A stretch of DNA of 64,000 nt, taken from Diadema antillarum. Its lineage: Eukaryota. The stretch lies in assembly GCF_040938485.1 (NCBI RefSeq), contig NW_027271504.1, positions 1-64,000 of the forward strand. Direction: 5' to 3'. A program made the translations under genes and the position numbers. The first letter of the stretch is position 1, and each line of letters starts with the position of its first letter. The notes under the pieces were generated by a model. It was not told the origin of the DNA and did not search any database. It worked only from the letters and a program-made list of their open reading frames with translations. Of this stretch, positions 59,101 through 64,000 are shown one piece after another.

Positions 59101-62100
59101 ACAAAAAATGAAAATATTCAATAACTTCAAGGTGAAGGTCAAGAATGAAGTATTCTTACCCCCTCAGGAGGCCGTTCTACAAGAGCACGGTAAAAACAGG
59201 TTGTCTGAGGGTACAGCGCCATCACAAGCTGTATAAGTGTGAATAGATAAAGAGAATTACATGCCAGAAAAATCCACACAGGAAAATATAAAAAATATTA
59301 TACATCATGACATTCCAGTTAAGTTGTACTTTGCAAGTGTCAAGAGTCTAGTTTTCATTGTCATATATGATAGTGCACAAAGTAATTTGAGTCTCAAGTA
59401 ACATACCACAGGCACCACAGCAATGACATACATGGCTATCATTACACTGTACTGCATACATCTCTGCCACTCCTGCCCTTGCTATGAACATCTAAGCTCT
59501 CATTCCACTGTGACAGATTATAGTTACATACTAGTATTACAAATACATAATTATCTACATACATTCGCAACCCAAACCCTGATCCAAATTCCGTTCTTAC
59601 AGTGCCTTTCTTGAACAGAGCATCTGGGTTGCTCTCTGGATTTGCTTTCATGAGCGGCAATGGAACTATCCTCCGGCGTGACAAGAGATGTCTCCTGGAA
59701 AAAGACCAAAGTAACATAGAACACTTTCATACAAAAGAAAAATTCGTTTTGTAATCACTGTTTTTTATAATCATGAATCTTGATTGTAGTCTTGATTTGA
59801 GTTACACAACGTTCAGGCGCTTGAATGTGAAAAAGGTAATGTAAAGCTCTTCTAGATGATAGAAAAACCTCTCCTGTAATCAGATTTATAAATTCCCGTT
59901 GAATGTAATCTTGATTTAAGTTTTGGAAGCACCAGACCTGTCAATCAAACTCACAAAGTGCATGCTATCAAGTGCAGATCAGGTTGATTGCATTTACATT
60001 TTGCCCGGTCTCTGGTAAGAAGTGAATGAAGGGTTGAACTCGGCTCTTTGAAGGTCAAGTCTTTAATATAAAAACTGCGCATCAAGAATTGAAAACACTT
60101 CAAATTTGCAAATCAAGATTCTAAACTCAAGATTACAACAATTTGTTTTCAGATGCAAGAAATTCCTGGTTACAATCATGATTCTTCTAATAGGGATTCT
60201 TCTAAAAGGGATTACAATCATGATTACACAACATATTTTTCTACCATCTGTAAGGGGGGTCTGGGGCAATTACCCAGGACCCTTCCCCTGAGCCTAACCC
60301 TAATCCTCATCCTGAACCTAATCCTAACCCTAACCCCAACTCTAACCCTAAAAGCCAACCCTGACCATAATCTCTACTCTAACTTTATTATCAATATTAA
60401 TAACCGGTATTTAGCTGGGGGGTAATTGCCCTCAGGGATTATGAACCAATATTACATTAAGATTTACTGGCATTCAAATAAAAGATGGACCACTTGCATT
60501 TGCAATGGCAAATCTGCTGCTTACACAGATAAACTTTATGTTGTATCTACATATTTCCCTCACTTGTTCCTTTTGTCATGTCATCCAAGCATTTCAGAGA
60601 AATGTTCATAAAATTTCACTTGGTCTTTGACTTAGGGAGTTTAAGCTGACTTGCAATAACTATAGTACGTATTCAAAGTACCAATTACTGTACCATCTCA
60701 TTTTCTATGGTCAAGTCATGCATACATTCACAGTAATCTTACCAAAATTGTTCTTTAGTTACNNNNNNNNNNNNNNNNNNNNNNNNNNNNNNNNNNNNNN
60801 NNNNNNNNNNNNNNNNNNNNNNNNNNNNNNNNNNNNNNNNNNNNNNNNNNNNNNNNNNNNNNNNNNNNNNNNNNNNNNNNNNNNNNNNNNNNNNNNNNNN
60901 NNNNNNNNNNNNNNNNNNNNNNNNNNNNNNNNNNNNNNNNNNNNNNNNNNNNNNNNNNNNNNNNNNNNNNNNNNNCTCCCACTTCACAATCAAAGAAAAA
61001 TACATTTTGAGAATACTGTACAGCTCTGTCTTATGCAAAATGCAAGATAATGATCAACTGTTCAAACATACTCTTTTCCCTCTTCATCGATGTCATCCAC
61101 TTCATATTTGTTAGTGCTGGAGTTGAAGGATATGACTTCCGCCAGAATCCAGTTCTCATCGCCGTCGCTGCCTCGAACTCTGGCCGCCACGTAGTCTCCT
61201 GGTTTACATACATAGTTTGACTCTGCCGGAACTGATCCACATAAATGAGGTGGTTTTCTGAGGAGACACAGAGCAAAAAATGAAAAGATGAGTTTATGCA
61301 GCATTTTCAAGATTGGTACAAACTAGTGCTGCAATACCTCCATTATCTGACATCCATACAAATGTGACAATAAGTTCCAAGTTGATTACCAAATATAGAA
61401 AAATAGATAGCAGGTACCAAAATCTTTAATTCCAGATGCCCATCTTAAATACTACATTTTATTTACAGTGGGCTAGGGTTACGTCTTGCCTGGATTTTGG
61501 AACTTTCCTTTCATATGCTGCAAACAATGTGGTCATACACATGGGAAAATATGACATCATACAAGTTGACTCACTCATTTTCAGTTCGCCCTATCCAGAG
61601 AGGGAGTGTCATGGCAGTCTGCTGCAGCATGTTCATTAAGACCCCACGCCTCATGATCTTGCGAGGTCCATCCGTGTCAGAAAAATGGCCAGCGTTCCTT
61701 GCCTGGAGACGCTGTTCATTTCGTAACGTTTTGATGGCATTAATCTTGTCCAGCGATTTCCTCAAACATCTTGGGGCAAAACAGACAGACAAACTATGGG
61801 TGAGACGATGTACGAGCAAGTTGCATAGGATTGGCTAGGGCGTGAAGTGAAATGCAAGATACTGGTATAGAACACTGAGATATACAATTAAAAGTATTAC
61901 ATCTATGGAGTGAAATAATTGTTCAGTCCAGCAAGAGCTGAATTTCAACTCGTACAACATTTATAACAACAACAACAAAAATTCTTGTAATCTGTCTTGC
62001 TGGATAGACACTTCAAGTATAATTGATCAGGACTTTAAGGTCTCCAACAAATAAGATGTGCTCAACTAAGATCTCTCGATCATGTTGTTTACATGTAAAT

Positions 62101-63564
62101 GCAATTTCTCACCAAAACTTTGCAAGATTGAGATATGGGAACTTCTGGGCCTTTAGTGCTTTCATTGGGCGATCCATTACAGTGTAATAAAAGTCTGACT
62201 CATGAGTCAAATGCGGCTCTTGGAATTGTTCTTACTCAGCTTCTGTTTCAGCATCCGTAAGTGCTGTCTGGTAGAGGCTACGTAGTTTTGCACGGTAGTA
62301 CGACGATATCTTCTGCTCTTGATGCACTCTCTCCTGAATCTTTGAAATGTTGCTGAGGTTGCTATCACTTTTATTTTTGCACTGAAACAAGACCGATAAA
62401 AAAGAGAGACAACATTCCTGCAATATTCTGCCAGTTTCCACATTGACAGGCAGACAGCACACAGATACACATCTCATCCATAGGTCATATGACATCTTAT
62501 CTCAAGTCTGAAGATCAGATATCAACCCTCTGTTCACGGGAAGTGGATGTGTCCTGTAATACATTATAAGAAATTCCAATATCATAAAGGCAAGGGGTTG
62601 AAGGCCAGCCCTGACACTAGTTTGCAGGCACAAACCCTTGTTGGATGTAAAGGAGTCTGCGCCAAGACTACTACTACTACTACTACATGCACCACTGGCA
62701 CTGCAGCCTCTTCCAACAAGGAGAAGCTACAGTACAGGGCCTATGGGACAGTGACAATGCTGCATGTAGTTGTCTTAGCGCAGACTCCTTCACGACCAAC
62801 AAGGGTTTGTGCCTGCAAACTACCCTGACACAATGCCATGGAAGATAAGTCTGAAATAAGCCATGACTAAAAAAAACAAAACACAACAAAACAAAAAACA
62901 AAACTGGCATGCCTGAAGAAAGCAATGCACTTAGACTCGTTCAAATAAGTGTAATGATTACACAGAATTAAAAAAACAAACAAACATGGTTTCATTGTCT
63001 TCAGTCATACCTCTGAAAAGTCTCTCTGTGCTTGTCAATGCCATCATTATAATCATTTGCTCCTTGCAGAATTTTCTCACTAGCGAATGAGGTAACAGAC
63101 CAGTTTGTCTGCAAGACATCACAGGGATGGTCATAATAATGTACATACAGAGGTTTACACATCAAAGTGTGAAGAATGAGATCGTAACAGGTGTGCATGT
63201 ACCCATCTGTATTTCATGTAAAATCCCTGACCACTTTTGCCACATGTGGCACATACAATTTTCTCTGTATGCTACTAACCTGATGGGTGTCTCTAACAAG
63301 GCGATAAAGTTCAGCTAACATATCCTGGATGGATGATGTGCTGTCACTCATGCTGCTCTGCTTGGCAGCATCCTCTGTGCCCTCCTCCATGGGTTTGCCT
63401 TCACCTTCTGCCCCACTCCCCCCAGTCCAGTCTGACTGGGACGTCTGGCCCGGGGAGTCGGTGCTCTGCTGGTCTGGCGACAATGAGCTGGCCGAGTGAA
63501 GCTTGTCCCCTTTCCCAGGATTATGGGCACCCGCTGCCGAAGACTTGGTTCTCCGCATTTTCAT
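53106..63564 (-). CDS. SGF29: SAGA complex-associated factor 29 (coiled coil + tandem Tudor H3K4me reader)
   Basis: Exons 63280-63564 (start uncertain; conserved-length start at 63351), 62236-62381, 61575-61769 (MRRGVLM..TLPLWIG), 61072-61257 (WILAEV..YEVDDIDEEGKE), 59601-59694, 59160-59228 (ALYPQTTCFYRA), 53106-53222 (DDYSVLFEDNSYADGYSP). Phases consistent. 292 aa from 63351, 363 aa from 63564. Confidence 0.96.
53252..54544 (+). mobile_element. Helentron-type element, family D, carrying a satellite array of about 7 x 150-159 bp
   Basis: TGTCCCCGCCG (53289-53299) / CGGCGGGGACA (54532-54542); unit anchors near 53301, 53451, 53608, 53757, 53914, 54071, 54230; (CACGGA)n microsatellite. Confidence 0.8.
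55440..56814 (+). mobile_element. Helentron-type element, family C, with about four internal units of 308-325 bp
   Basis: GCTCACCTGAG / CTCAGGTGAGC subterminal inverted repeat; 3' hairpin; CTAGGGATGCTACC at 55681, 55989, 56309, 56634. Confidence 0.75.
56888..57881. mobile_element. Foldback element about 1 kb long with TTAA target duplication (Kolobok-like)
   Basis: TTAA at 56884-56887 and 57882-57885; ends AGATAATAAAAAGTTTTGGTACCTCAAAAGTTTCC are inverted; arms stay complementary to a centre near 57410-57445. Confidence 0.8.
58903..59094. mobile_element. MITE of the TA|CTGTA..TACAG|TA family; relatives at 9969-10167, 23079-23287, 41515-41689, 42608-42851
   Basis: CTGTAAAAGTGGA / TCCACTTTTACAG terminal inverted repeat with TTTTCGCG/CGCGAAAA internal motifs. 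Confidence 0.75.
60264..60431. repeat. Degenerate (CCCTAA)n-like tract between 12-bp inverted repeats
   Basis: CCTAACCCTAATCCTCATCCTGAACCTAATCCTAACCCTAACC at about 60293-60370; GGGCAATTACCC / GGGTAATTGCCC flanks. Confidence 0.7.
60763..60975. other. Assembly gap (213 N) in an SGF29 intron
   Basis: Run of N; the flanking exons join in phase (GA|G AGA), so no coding exon needs to be missing. Confidence 0.99.
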
Positions 63565-64000
63565 GGGTGAAGTGCGCTTTCTACAAATCCAGTCCTCTTT
63601 AAAACCAATGCAAATTACAGAGTTAAACTTAACAAATCAACATCAAAATTAAATTTTTGAAGAAATGGTAATTCTTTGCTCAAGATTGTTAGATTTCTTT
63701 TGTCTTGAAATACTTCAAAGCTTAGTTCAGCAACAATAAATAGGTCCCTATGTTGTATGTGTATTGCAATCATATATGTAAGAGTGTGCACTGTACTACA
63801 ATGGTTCAAGCGTAAAACACTTACAGTCCAAGAGCAAAATGCTAGCAAAACAAACAAAATAATGCCTCCGGCACCACTTCGTGGCGGAGGTATAAAAAAG
63901 TGGACATATCAGTATTAGGTGTGTCCAAGAAGTAAAGACAGAAAGTTGAAGGTGTAAGTCAGCTGCATTGACTGGAAATCTTCAATCGATAATACATATC

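Noticed and set aside
1-64000. tRNA, rRNA and snRNA genes; U12-type introns
   Set aside because: No cloverleaf or recognisable RNA gene seen by eye; all reconstructed introns have ordinary GT-AG ends without the U12 donor consensus.

Overview
This is a eukaryotic, intron-rich, AT-rich window with many transposons. It is probably from an invertebrate deuterostome, possibly an echinoderm (inferred from repeat style and protein similarity only). I reconstructed four spliced host genes by hand: TYW1 (minus strand, 1-12511, running off the left edge, with two 1-nt frameshifts in its 3' exons), malectin/MLEC (plus, 13207-25542, head-to-head with TYW1), RAD1 (plus, 33516-44693) and SGF29 (minus, 53106-63564). 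Between the convergent RAD1 and SGF29 lies an apparently intact, very young DIRS1-type tyrosine-recombinase retrotransposon (45469-50432). It has three open ORFs, 85-bp perfect inverted terminal repeats and a perfect internal copy of its circle junction (ICR). The main finding is a candidate expression scheme in this element. pol has no upstream AUG, but it is entered in the -1 frame at an in-phase U UUU UUA slippery site (46906-46912). A GT-AG intron (47041-48959) would remove RT/RNaseH/MTase and join the same -1 frame in phase to the recombinase. Together these predict Gag, Gag-Pol and Gag-YR from one promoter. Introns hold several Helentron-type non-autonomous elements, MITEs, foldback palindromes and nested insertions. 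Everything was read by eye; no searches or folding programs were run, so novelty is unverified.
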